The notes under the pieces were generated by a model that was not told where the DNA came from, made no database searches, and was given only the letters and a program-made list of their open reading frames with translations. The position numbers were made by a program, and so were the translations under genes. From an uncultured delta proteobacterium (lineage in GTDB: Bacteria; Myxococcota; Myxococcia; Myxococcales; Anaeromyxobacteraceae), in NCBI GenBank assembly GCA_963828255.1, contig CAWHDZ010000007.1, positions 32,001 to 96,000 on the forward strand: a stretch of DNA of 64,000 nt, written 5' to 3'. This document shows, one piece after another, positions 44,875 through 53,845 of this stretch. Position 1 is the first letter of the stretch. Each line of letters starts with the position of its first letter.

Positions 44875-45981
44875 TCAGCCCGCTGCCTTCCAGGCCGCAA
44901 GCACCTCCTTCTCCCGCTCGCGGGAGAGGCCCGCCCTGGGCTTGGCCCTCCGCTCCGGCGGAAGCCCGTTCCACCAGGAGAGCGTGTCCCGCGCGGTCTC
45001 GCCGAGCGGCCGGAAGCGCAGTCCCGCCGCCACCGCACGCGCGATGGAGACCTGCGACATCCCGCTCTCCGGCCCGCCCGAAGGGATCCAGACCGGCATG
45101 TCGCTCCACGGCTCCACCTTCTCCTTCTCCAGGAAGGGCCAGGGAACCCAGGTGAGCGGAGCGGCCGGCCCCGCGGCCGGCTGGCAGGCCTCGAGCATGG
45201 CGCGCATCGAGGTGCGGGATGCCGGCCCCACCGCGTTCATGGTCCCGGTGGCCCGGCGGCCGGCCATGTCCACCATCCAGTCGCCCAGGTCGCGGACGTC
45301 CACCACCTGGATCGGGTCGTCCCCGGTGCCCGGCGCGAGGACGGCGCCTCCCTCGGCGAGCCGCACCGGCCAGTAGGTGAACCTGTCGGTCGGGTCGCCG
45401 GGGCCGACGATGAGGCCGGGGCGCACCACCAGCACGCGACCGGGCATGGCCGTCTCGGCGGCCCGCTCGCAGGCGGCCTTGAGGGCTCCGTAGTTCGCCC
45501 GGACGTCCTCGGTGGACGGGTCGGAGAGCAGGGCGATCTTCGCGCTCTCGTCCGAACCCGGCGGGATGGCCTCGTCGTAGGCCGAGATGGAGGAGACGAA
45601 GACGTAGCGATCCACCGAGGGTGCGAGGAGCTCCGCCGACATCCGGACGATGCGCGGGACGTAGCCCGAGGTGTCGATCACCACGTCCCACCTGCGGCCG
45701 GCGAGCGCCTCGAGCTTCCCGTTCCGGTCGCCCTGGAGCTGCTCCAGGTCGGTGAACCGGCCGGGGTTGGTCTTGCCGCGGTTGAAGAGGGTCACCACGT
45801 CGCCGCGGGCCCGCGCCGCCTCGACCAGCGCCGGTCCGAGGAAGCCCGTGCCCCCGAGGATGAGGATCCTGGAGGGGCCGTCCGCGCGGGGGGAGCCACC
45901 GGGCCCTCCGGCCTTCGGCGCCGTGCAGGCGGCCAGGGTGGCGAGGGAGGCCTGCAGGAAGTCGCGCCGGGTCATGGCCAT
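44875..45981 (-). CDS. Tat-exported NAD(P)-dependent epimerase/dehydratase (extended SDR), probable lipoprotein
   Basis: TRRDFL...LAAC, GGTGFLG, YGALK, RFTYW. Confidence 0.88.
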   Translation of the reverse strand: MAMTRRDFLQASLATLAACTAPKAGGPGGSPRADGPSRILILGGTGFLGPALVEAARARGDVVTLFNRGKTNPGRFTDLEQLQGDRNGKLEALAGRRWDVVIDTSGYVPRIVRMSAELLAPSVDRYVFVSSISAYDEAIPPGSDESAKIALLSDPSTEDVRANYGALKAACERAAETAMPGRVLVVRPGLIVGPGDPTDRFTYWPVRLAEGGAVLAPGTGDDPIQVVDVRDLGDWMVDMAGRRATGTMNAVGPASRTSMRAMLEACQPAAGPAAPLTWVPWPFLEKEKVEPWSDMPVWIPSGGPESGMSQVSIARAVAAGLRFRPLGETARDTLSWWNGLPPERRAKPRAGLSREREKEVLAAWKAAG

Positions 45982-45991
45982 GTCGTGCCTC

Positions 45992-46915
45992 TCAGGTGCG
46001 GAACTCGGCCGCCATCCGGCGACGCATCCGGTCGTCGGGGAACGGTCCCGTGCCGGCGGCGAGGTTGTCGGCCATGTGGTCGGGGCGGCGCGTCGCGGGG
46101 ATGGCGCTCGTCACGGCGGGGTGGGAGAAGACGAACTTGAGGAAGACCTGGGCCCAGGAGGCCGCGCCGATCTCGGCGGCCCAGGGGGGCAGCGCCTTCC
46201 CGCGCACCGCCGAGAAGAGGGCGCCCACCTCGAACGGGCGCATCACCAGCACGGCCACGCCTGCGTCGGCCGCGGCCGGCAGGAGCCGCTTCTCGGCCTC
46301 CCGCGAGGAGATGGAATAGGGGAGCTGCACGAAGTCGACCTTCTCCGTGGCCATGAGCTTCTCGAGCAGCGGGAACGATGACGGGGAGTGATGGGTGATC
46401 CCCAGGTACCGGATCTTCCCCTGCTCCTTCCAGGCGCGCAGCACGGGCAGGTGGGTCTCCCAGTCGAGCAGGTTGTGGACCTGCATGAGGTCGATGCGAT
46501 CGGTGCGGAGCCGCCGCATCGACTCGCGCATCTGGGCCTCGCCCTGGGACTTGCCGGTGGTCCAGACCTTGGTGGCCAGGAAGGGGCGGGGGAGCTGTCC
46601 CGCCGCGGCGACGATGTCGCCGGCGACCGACTCGGCGCGGCCGTACATGGGGGAGGAGTCCACCACCCGGCCGCCTGCCTGGAGGAAGAGGCGCATCACC
46701 TCGGCGAGCGGCGCCCGCTCCTCGGCGGACGCACCCACGTCGAAGGTCTGCCAGGTTCCGAGGCCGACGACCGGAAGGAGCTCACCGGTTCGCGGGATGG
46801 GACGGCTGGCCATCGCGCCACCTCCTGCTCCGGCTGCCCGGGCCCGGAGCGCGACCGACAGCATGCCCCCGGCGGAGGCCTGGAGAAAGCGGCGGCGCGT
46901 CATTCCCCGGATCAC
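45992..46915 (-). CDS. Tat-exported aldo/keto reductase
   Basis: TRRRFL, GLGTW, DSSPMYG, ATKVW, QVHN; GTG at 46915 overlaps the upstream stop (alternative ATG at 46903). Confidence 0.9.
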   Translation of the reverse strand: MIRGMTRRRFLQASAGGMLSVALRARAAGAGGGAMASRPIPRTGELLPVVGLGTWQTFDVGASAEERAPLAEVMRLFLQAGGRVVDSSPMYGRAESVAGDIVAAAGQLPRPFLATKVWTTGKSQGEAQMRESMRRLRTDRIDLMQVHNLLDWETHLPVLRAWKEQGKIRYLGITHHSPSSFPLLEKLMATEKVDFVQLPYSISSREAEKRLLPAAADAGVAVLVMRPFEVGALFSAVRGKALPPWAAEIGAASWAQVFLKFVFSHPAVTSAIPATRRPDHMADNLAAGTGPFPDDRMRRRMAAEFRT

Positions 46916-48210
46916 GATGGCCCCCCCGGCGCCCCGGCGACCTCGCGACGGCGCTCCTCCCGGGCGAGCCAGAGCGCGAGACCGATGCCCAGGAGCCCCA
47001 CCGGGACCGCGAGGAGCAGGCTCCCCGCGATCCCCGCACCGGCGGCCGAGAGTCCGCGGGCCAGCCAGGCCGAGCCCGCGTCGCCGGCGCGGTAGACCAC
47101 CGTGTCCACGAAGGACTTCGACTTGTACCGCTCCTCGCGCGTCACCACGGTGTAGAGGACCTCCCGGGCCGGACGCTCCACGGCATAGCTGGCCGCGCGC
47201 CGCAGCGCCTGGAATGTGGCCAGCACCCAGAAGGTGGGCCAGCCGGCCGCGACGGCGAAGCCGCTGGCCGTGACGGCGGGCACGAGCGCGAGGGCCGCGC
47301 CCAGCCCGAGACGGGAGACGATTCGCCCGGTGGCGAGAAATCCAGTGAGGAGCGCGGCCACGTTCACCATGAGGTCCACCCGGGCGAAGAGGCGCGTGCG
47401 CGAGGCCGAGTCGAGCCCGGAGGACGCCACCAGGTGGGCCACCTGGAAGTAGAGCAGCGTCGAGCCCAGCGTGAAGAGGAGCATCTGGCCGGCGATGCCG
47501 AGCAGGTAGCGATCGCGGAAGACCATGGCCACGCCGCTCCAGGCGCTCCCGCCCAGCGCCGCGCCCTCGTCGCGGGCTGCCTCCCTGCCCGCCTCTCCCG
47601 CCCGGGCCTCTGCGGCGCCGCTGCGGCGCGACCACCGGATGGTCCGGCGCATCGCCTGGGTGGAGAGCTCGAGGAACACGGCCGACACCAGGACCAGGTT
47701 CGCGACGCCGACGACGCCCACCAGGAACTCCACGCAGAGCGGTCCGGCGATGGCCCCGGCGCTCCCGCCCGCCGCGACGAAGCCGAAGAGCCGCTTCCCC
47801 TGGTCCGTGGTGAAGAGATCCACGAGCAGCGACCAGAAGACCGAGACCACGAAGAGGCCGTAGACGCTCACCCAGACGAAGAAGGCCCGTGCCAGCGGCG
47901 CCGGCGCCACCCCGGCCCGGAATAGCCCCCAGAAGAGGAGCAGCGTGACCAGGAAGAAGCGGTAGACGAGGGGCACGGCCCGGGCGCGCGGCACCCGGGC
48001 CACCAGGCGCGCGTAGATCGGGACCGCCACCAGCATGAGCCCGAAGGTGGCCGTGAAGTTCCAGGGCAGGTTGTCCACGCCGCCGCGGATGCCCATCTCC
48101 TCCCGGAGCGAGCGCAGCACGTAGTAGCCGCAGAGCAGGGCGAAGAACGAGGCGAAGGCCCAGAGCGCCGGGGCCGCCTCGCCGGGACGTGCGTCGACGG
48201 GACGGGCCAT
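46912..48210 (-). CDS. NTT/TLC-like nucleotide exchange transporter (MFS fold)
   Basis: YYVLRSLRE, VSVFWS, KRLFG, PAREVLY, YKSKSFVDTVVYRAGD. Confidence 0.85.
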   Translation of the reverse strand: MARPVDARPGEAAPALWAFASFFALLCGYYVLRSLREEMGIRGGVDNLPWNFTATFGLMLVAVPIYARLVARVPRARAVPLVYRFFLVTLLLFWGLFRAGVAPAPLARAFFVWVSVYGLFVVSVFWSLLVDLFTTDQGKRLFGFVAAGGSAGAIAGPLCVEFLVGVVGVANLVLVSAVFLELSTQAMRRTIRWSRRSGAAEARAGEAGREAARDEGAALGGSAWSGVAMVFRDRYLLGIAGQMLLFTLGSTLLYFQVAHLVASSGLDSASRTRLFARVDLMVNVAALLTGFLATGRIVSRLGLGAALALVPAVTASGFAVAAGWPTFWVLATFQALRRAASYAVERPAREVLYTVVTREERYKSKSFVDTVVYRAGDAGSAWLARGLSAAGAGIAGSLLLAVPVGLLGIGLALWLAREERRREVAGAPGGPS

Positions 48211-48229
48211 CCGGGACTTCCCGCCCTCC

Positions 48230-51200
48230 CTACAGCTGGATGACCTTGGCCTGCTGCGCCTGGGCCCGGAAGCGCTCCGGCCAGCCCGCCCCGGACAGGC
48301 GGGTGGCGGCCTCGACGGCGAGGTGCCGTCCCACGGCGCCCAGCCCGGCGTTCCGCCCCAGCCCCTGCACGCAGGACGGGCAGTTGGTGAGCATCAACGT
48401 GCCGGCGGGGAGGCTCTCCATGGCCTCCTTCACCGCGCCGGCCTTGCGGTGGAGCATGGAGTCGGTGATGTCCGGCCGCGAGAGGGCCAGCGTGCCCGCC
48501 TCCGAGCAGCAGTTGGGGACCTCGGTGGCCTCGAACCCGGCACGGGCCAGCGTGGCCACCCCGGCACCCCGCAGCGAGTCGTGGCAGGGGGTGTGGTAGA
48601 GCGCCACCGGGGCATTGCCCGGGAGCGAGAGCCCGGCGTCGAGCGCGAACCCGACCGCGTCCACCACCGGGGCCCCGAAGATCTTCTCGACCTCCATGCC
48701 CTCGAGCCCGTCCATGCAGGTGCCGCAGCTCACCACCACAGCGTCGAACTCCAGGTGGGAGAGCATGTCGCGGATCTGGCTGAAGAGGATGGTGTCGCGC
48801 AGGACCGTGCGGCCGTGCTGCTCGGTGAGCGCGTTGGCGTGGGCCGGGAAGCCGCAGCACAGGAAGGGCGGCGGGATGACCACCCGCGTCCCGGTCTCGA
48901 GGAGCAGGTGGATGGCCGCCTGGGAGATGCGCGAGAAGAGCCGCTCCGACCCGCAGCCCGGGAAGTAGAAGACGGTGCGGTTCGCCTCGCCCTCGGGCTC
49001 GAAGACCAGCGCCTGGTCGGCGCGGCACTCCGGGACCACGTCGCGAAGCGTGCCCTCGTCGGCCTGCGTGACCGGCGAGCGCAGCGTGGCCAGCAGCCGG
49101 GAGCTCCCGTCGAGCCTCTGGAGCGGTCCGGTGACCTCGTGCCCGGCGCGCTGCAGCGCCCCGCCGATGCTGACCAGCCCGGTGCGGAGCAGCTTGTTTC
49201 CGAGGCGCGACCGGGTGTCGAGGTAGCGCAGGGTGAGGCGCGTGGTGATGGGCATCCGCTTGAAGCCGCGCGCCGCCAGGATCTCCCGCTCGATGACCGT
49301 GACCTCGCCGGTGTCGATGTCCACCGGGCAGGGCTTCAGGCACTTGTGACAGATGGTGCAGTGGTCGGCCACCTCCTCGAGGTGGCGGAGCAGCTCGAAG
49401 GAGCCCGAGCGCTGGCGCTGGGCGTCGTAGAGCAGCGCCTCGATGAGCGCGCCGATGGCCAGGTTCTTGTTGCGCGGGTGGAAGAACATCCCCCGGCCCG
49501 GGTAGAAGACGCAGCAGTCGGGCTTGCACTTGCCGCAGCGGACGCAGGTGGCGATGCGCCGGGCCAGCTCCTCGAGCTGCCCGTGCTGCAGGATGCGGGC
49601 CTCGAGCTTCAGCAGGTTGAAGGAGGGGGTGTAGATCTGCTCGAGCGCGGTCAGGTCGGAGAGCTTGCCCGGGTTCATGAGGCCGCCCGGGTCCACCACC
49701 CGCCGGTAGGCCTCGAGCTCCTTGCGCCGCTCCGGGTCCCAGTACTTGAGCTTGGTGACGCCGATGCCGTGCTCGCCGGAGACCACGCCGCCCAGCTCGT
49801 GGACCCGGTCGAAGACCTTCTCCACCACCGCCTCCGAGCGGCGCAGCATCTGCCGGTCGTTGGAGAGCACCGGGATGTTCACGTGCACGTTGCCGTCGCC
49901 GGCGTGCATGTGGGTGGCGAGGACGATCAGGCGGGCCCGCACCTCCTCCCAGACGGCGGAGAGGGTGGCGGCCACCTTGGGGTGGGTGGCGAGCAGCGCC
50001 GCCAGGTCCTGCCGGAGCCGGTCGGTCACGGCGAGCGAGCGCACCTCGGCCTCGCCGGCCCTGGCGATGGCCTCGCGGGCATTCGTGCAGGCGGAGAGCG
50101 CCGCCGTGAGCTTGGGCGCCCAGAGCGCGTCCTGCGGGGTGGGGACCCCGTGCAGGTAGGTCTCGGCACGCCGGACGAAGTTCTCCTGGCAGTGACGTTC
50201 CTCGTGGACGTTCATCGCGTCGATGAAGAGCGAGAACTCGGCGAGCGCCGTGAGGGGGAGGACCACGTCCTCGTTCACCTTGAAGGCGTTGGTGCGCCGG
50301 GCGATGGCGCCGAGCTTCTTGCGGTCGGCCCAGAAGCGCTTGCCCTCGGCGGCGTCGCGCGCCTCGGCCAGGAAGGTCTTCCCGTGGGGAGCCAGGATGG
50401 AGCGGATGCGGGCCACGCCGCGGCCCACCTGCTCGGGGGTGTGGCCGACCACGTCGACGATGATGACCGCCTTGGGAGTCTCGGTGCGCGGCGCCTTCAC
50501 CTGGTAGCCGATGGCCTTCACGTACTGGTCGTCGAAGTGCTCGAGCGCCGAGAGGGCCTCCTCGCCGCGGTTGGGCATCTCCCGGGCGATCTCCAGGATC
50601 ACCTGGCTGGCCTCGTCGAAGTCGGGCCCGAAGAACTCCAGGCACAGGGTGCGGGTGTGCGGGTAGGCCGGGTAGAGGATGAACTCGGCCGAGGTGATGA
50701 CGCCGTCGGTGCCCTCCTTCTGCACGCCGGGCAGGCCCCCCAGGGCCTTGTTGGTGATGTCCTTCCAGAGCCCCCGCTTGCGGATCTCGCTCCCCAGGAG
50801 CTCGATGGGGCGCACCAGCGCACCGGCGCCGTCGCGGACCTCGAAGCGCACCACGTCGTCGAAGAGGATCTTGCGCAGCTGGTGGTTGACCCGGTGCACG
50901 ATCCAGTCGTGGCCGCCGGGCATGGCGATGCGGAACGACACCAGGTTGTCGATGCAGGTGCCCCACAGGACGCAATCCTTGCCGCCGGCGTTCTCGGCGA
51001 TGTTCCCGCCGATGGTGCAGGCCCAGGCGCTGGTGGGGTCGGTGGCGAAGACCAGGCCGCGGTGGGTGGCATGCTCCATGGCCGCCTCGGTGATGACCCC
51101 GGCCTCGAGGTCCACCACCTGCCCCGTCACGGTCCGTCCATCGTCCAGGACGAACGGACGCGACGACACGCCGCGGATCCGGTTCAGCTTCTCGGTGTTC

Positions 51201-51838
51201 ACCATCACGCAGTCGGGCGTGAGCGGGATGGCGCCGCCGGTGAGCCCCGTCCCCGCGCCGCGCGGGATGGCGTGGAGCTTGAGATCCCGGATGGCGGAGA
51301 GGAGCGGCGCCACCTGCGACTCCTCGGTGGGGGTCACCACGGCCAGCGGGAGGTGCAGGCGCCAGTCGGTGGCGTCGGTGGCGTGGGCGGTCAGGGTGAA
51401 GGGATCGAGCAGGACGTTCTCGCGCCCCACCACGGCCCCCAGGGCCCGCCGGATCCGGGCGTGCAGGTCGGGCATGCGCCGGACCTCGTCGCGGACGCCG
51501 TCGAGCATGCGCCGGGCCTCGGCCAGGACCTCGAGCACGAGCGTGTCGTTCCCGGCGCCATCCTGGATGACCCTGAAGTTCGCCTCGGCGTCGCCGAAGA
51601 AGCGCTTGCGCCGGCTCGACGAGGTGACGAGCTCCTGGCGGAGGTAAGGATTGCGCCGGTGGACCAGCACTTCCCCGAAGACCCGCATGAGGAGCCGGGC
51701 CGAGCGGCCGGTGACCCGGCGCTCCCGAAGCTCCTCGAGCTTCTTCCAGACCCCCTTGCCGAGCAGCGACGACACCGCCTGCCGGTCGTCGGCGGAGGTG
51801 TAGTTGTAGGGGATCTCGCGGTGGCTGGTGTTTGGCAT
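48230..51838 (-). CDS. FAD-linked oxidoreductase with 4Fe-4S and Cys-rich (CCG) domains (DUF3683/DUF3400-type)
   Basis: REIPYNYTS, PRGAGTGLTGG, HAGDGNVH, GEHGIG, two CxxCxxC motifs, CCG, CPSC. Confidence 0.9.
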   Translation of the reverse strand: MPNTSHREIPYNYTSADDRQAVSSLLGKGVWKKLEELRERRVTGRSARLLMRVFGEVLVHRRNPYLRQELVTSSSRRKRFFGDAEANFRVIQDGAGNDTLVLEVLAEARRMLDGVRDEVRRMPDLHARIRRALGAVVGRENVLLDPFTLTAHATDATDWRLHLPLAVVTPTEESQVAPLLSAIRDLKLHAIPRGAGTGLTGGAIPLTPDCVMVNTEKLNRIRGVSSRPFVLDDGRTVTGQVVDLEAGVITEAAMEHATHRGLVFATDPTSAWACTIGGNIAENAGGKDCVLWGTCIDNLVSFRIAMPGGHDWIVHRVNHQLRKILFDDVVRFEVRDGAGALVRPIELLGSEIRKRGLWKDITNKALGGLPGVQKEGTDGVITSAEFILYPAYPHTRTLCLEFFGPDFDEASQVILEIAREMPNRGEEALSALEHFDDQYVKAIGYQVKAPRTETPKAVIIVDVVGHTPEQVGRGVARIRSILAPHGKTFLAEARDAAEGKRFWADRKKLGAIARRTNAFKVNEDVVLPLTALAEFSLFIDAMNVHEERHCQENFVRRAETYLHGVPTPQDALWAPKLTAALSACTNAREAIARAGEAEVRSLAVTDRLRQDLAALLATHPKVAATLSAVWEEVRARLIVLATHMHAGDGNVHVNIPVLSNDRQMLRRSEAVVEKVFDRVHELGGVVSGEHGIGVTKLKYWDPERRKELEAYRRVVDPGGLMNPGKLSDLTALEQIYTPSFNLLKLEARILQHGQLEELARRIATCVRCGKCKPDCCVFYPGRGMFFHPRNKNLAIGALIEALLYDAQRQRSGSFELLRHLEEVADHCTICHKCLKPCPVDIDTGEVTVIEREILAARGFKRMPITTRLTLRYLDTRSRLGNKLLRTGLVSIGGALQRAGHEVTGPLQRLDGSSRLLATLRSPVTQADEGTLRDVVPECRADQALVFEPEGEANRTVFYFPGCGSERLFSRISQAAIHLLLETGTRVVIPPPFLCCGFPAHANALTEQHGRTVLRDTILFSQIRDMLSHLEFDAVVVSCGTCMDGLEGMEVEKIFGAPVVDAVGFALDAGLSLPGNAPVALYHTPCHDSLRGAGVATLARAGFEATEVPNCCSEAGTLALSRPDITDSMLHRKAGAVKEAMESLPAGTLMLTNCPSCVQGLGRNAGLGAVGRHLAVEAATRLSGAGWPERFRAQAQQAKVIQL

Positions 51839-52013
51839 GGTCCTCCCGCCCGGGGCGGACCAAGACTTCTAGCAGGTTCCGTGCCCCGGACCCATCACGA
51901 AAATACGTGTAAAATCATGGTTATGGACTGACGGTCCCCGGCCCGGTCGCAGCAGAATCTGCGCCCAGGGGCCGGGTCCCGCCGTGCCGGCGCCGCCGCG
52001 CCGGTCCTGCTAC

Positions 52014-52253
52014 CTAGCCCTTCTTGAGCGTCTCGGTGAACGTCGCGACGGCCGCCTTCTCGGCCTCGCGCACCGCGTGCGGCACGCGCCCGACCGTCTC
52101 CCGGGCGTCGTCGCCGTACTCGAGCAGCTTCTGGCGCGTCTGCTTGCCCGACTGGGGGGCGTACAGCAGCGCGACGACACCTCCGACTGCAGCTCCGGCC
52201 AGGAACGCGAGGAGCACCGTTCCAGCGCCGACACCACCGTTGTTCTGGCTCAT
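52014..52253 (-). CDS. YtxH domain protein
   Basis: FLAGAAVGGVVALLYAPQSGKQTR; ATGA coupling. Confidence 0.88.
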   Translation of the reverse strand: MSQNNGGVGAGTVLLAFLAGAAVGGVVALLYAPQSGKQTRQKLLEYGDDARETVGRVPHAVREAEKAAVATFTETLKKG

Positions 52254-52684
52254 CCTGTCGTCTCCTTCCTCTCGTGTGGGAAACTCCCGGGGGCAGGGCC
52301 TTCTTCCGGCTCGGCGGGAGGAGGGTCCTCCTGCATCGCCCCCTTCCAGGCCCGGACGCCCGCCATCACGGCGGGCACCACCGCAGCCGCGATCGGCCCG
52401 GCAACCTGCATGGTGCCGCGGATCTGGTTCACCATCTGTGCGGCGTTGACGGCGCCCTCGACGATCTCGGCCATCTTGCCATCCTTCTCGAGCGCGGCGC
52501 CCAGCCGGTCGAGCCGGTCGGCGGTGCGGTGGATCCCGACGAGCGCCGCCTCGACGTCCTTGGCGCTCTTCTCGGCGACCGTCCTCAGCGCCTGGACCGT
52601 CCCGTAGAGCTGGACGATGACCGGGATGAGCGCCCCGACCAGCACGGCCACCAGGACCACCAGTGCAATCTGCCAGCCTTGCAT
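52250..52684 (-). CDS. DUF948/YoxC-like membrane-anchored protein
   Basis: N-terminal TM plus helical region, GGAGG RBS, paired with ytxH. Confidence 0.7.
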   Translation of the reverse strand: MQGWQIALVVLVAVLVGALIPVIVQLYGTVQALRTVAEKSAKDVEAALVGIHRTADRLDRLGAALEKDGKMAEIVEGAVNAAQMVNQIRGTMQVAGPIAAAVVPAVMAGVRAWKGAMQEDPPPAEPEEGPAPGSFPHERKETTG

Positions 52685-52861
52685 GCCGCCTCCGTTTCGA
52701 GCCCACCCGCGACCGCTTCACCGAATCTTGCTCCCGTCCGGGCCCCGGCGCCCGGTCCCAGAGAGGGGGTGCGTGACACGACGCGATGCACCCGGAATCA
52801 CTGGATATCATTGACACGGGGTTGCCACGGCGGCAATGACTCCCGCCGGAGGCACCATCTC

Positions 52862-53833
52862 ATGAAGGCGATCCGATTCCACCAGACCGGCGGTCCCGAG
52901 GTCCTGCGCCTCGAGGATCTCCCCGTCCCCCAGCCCGGCCCCGGCCAGGCCCGCGTGCGCCACACCGCCATCGGCGTGAACTTCATCGACACCTACCACC
53001 GGACCGGCCTCTACAAGCTGCCGCTCCCCAGTGGCCTGGGAGTGGAGGCGGCCGGGGTGGTCGAGGCGGTGGGGCAGGGAGTCGCCCACGTCGCCGCCGG
53101 CGACCGGGTGGCCTACGTGGCCCGCCCGCCCGGAGCCTACGCCGAGGCCGCCGCCGTCCCCGCCGACCGGCTGGTGCACATCCCCGAGGGGGTCGCCGAC
53201 GAGGTGGCCGCCGCCGCCATGCTGAAGGGGATGACGGCGTGGATGCTGCTCCGGCGCATCCACGCGGTGAAGCCCGGCGAGAACGTGCTCTTCCACGCCG
53301 CGGCCGGCGGGGTGGGGCTCATCGCCGTGCAGTGGCTGCGGGCCCTGGGGGCGCGCACCATCGCCACGGTGGGCAGCGACGAGAAGGCGCGACTGGCGCT
53401 GGACGCCGGCGCCAGCGACGTGATCGTCTACACCCGCGAGGACTTCCCGAAGCGGGTCCGCCAGTTGACCAATGGTGAAGGAGTTCCGGTGGTCTACGAC
53501 TCGGTGGGCAGGAGCACCTTCGAGGGCTCCCTCGACTGCCTCTCCCCGCTGGGACTCATGGTGAGCTACGGGAACGCCTCCGGTCCGGTGCCGCCCTTCG
53601 ACCTCGCCCAGCTGGCGGCCAAGGGATCCCTCTTCCTGACCCGCCCCACGCTCTTCAGCTACACGGCCCGGCGCGAGGACCTGGAGGAGGGGGCCCGGGA
53701 GCTCTTCGGCGTCATCCGGTCCGGCCAGGTCCGCGTCGAGGTGAAGCACCGCTGGCCGCTCGCCGGGGCCGCCGACGCCCACCGCGCCCTGGAAGGGCGC
53801 CACACCACCGGGTCCATCGTGCTCGTGCCCTAG
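52862..53833 (+). CDS. qor: NADPH:quinone oxidoreductase
   Basis: GGPEVL, GVNFID, HAAAGGVG, TTGSIVL; TTGACA at 52811 upstream. Confidence 0.93.
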   Translation: MKAIRFHQTGGPEVLRLEDLPVPQPGPGQARVRHTAIGVNFIDTYHRTGLYKLPLPSGLGVEAAGVVEAVGQGVAHVAAGDRVAYVARPPGAYAEAAAVPADRLVHIPEGVADEVAAAAMLKGMTAWMLLRRIHAVKPGENVLFHAAAGGVGLIAVQWLRALGARTIATVGSDEKARLALDAGASDVIVYTREDFPKRVRQLTNGEGVPVVYDSVGRSTFEGSLDCLSPLGLMVSYGNASGPVPPFDLAQLAAKGSLFLTRPTLFSYTARREDLEEGARELFGVIRSGQVRVEVKHRWPLAGAADAHRALEGRHTTGSIVLVP

Positions 53834-53845
53834 GAAGGAAACCAC

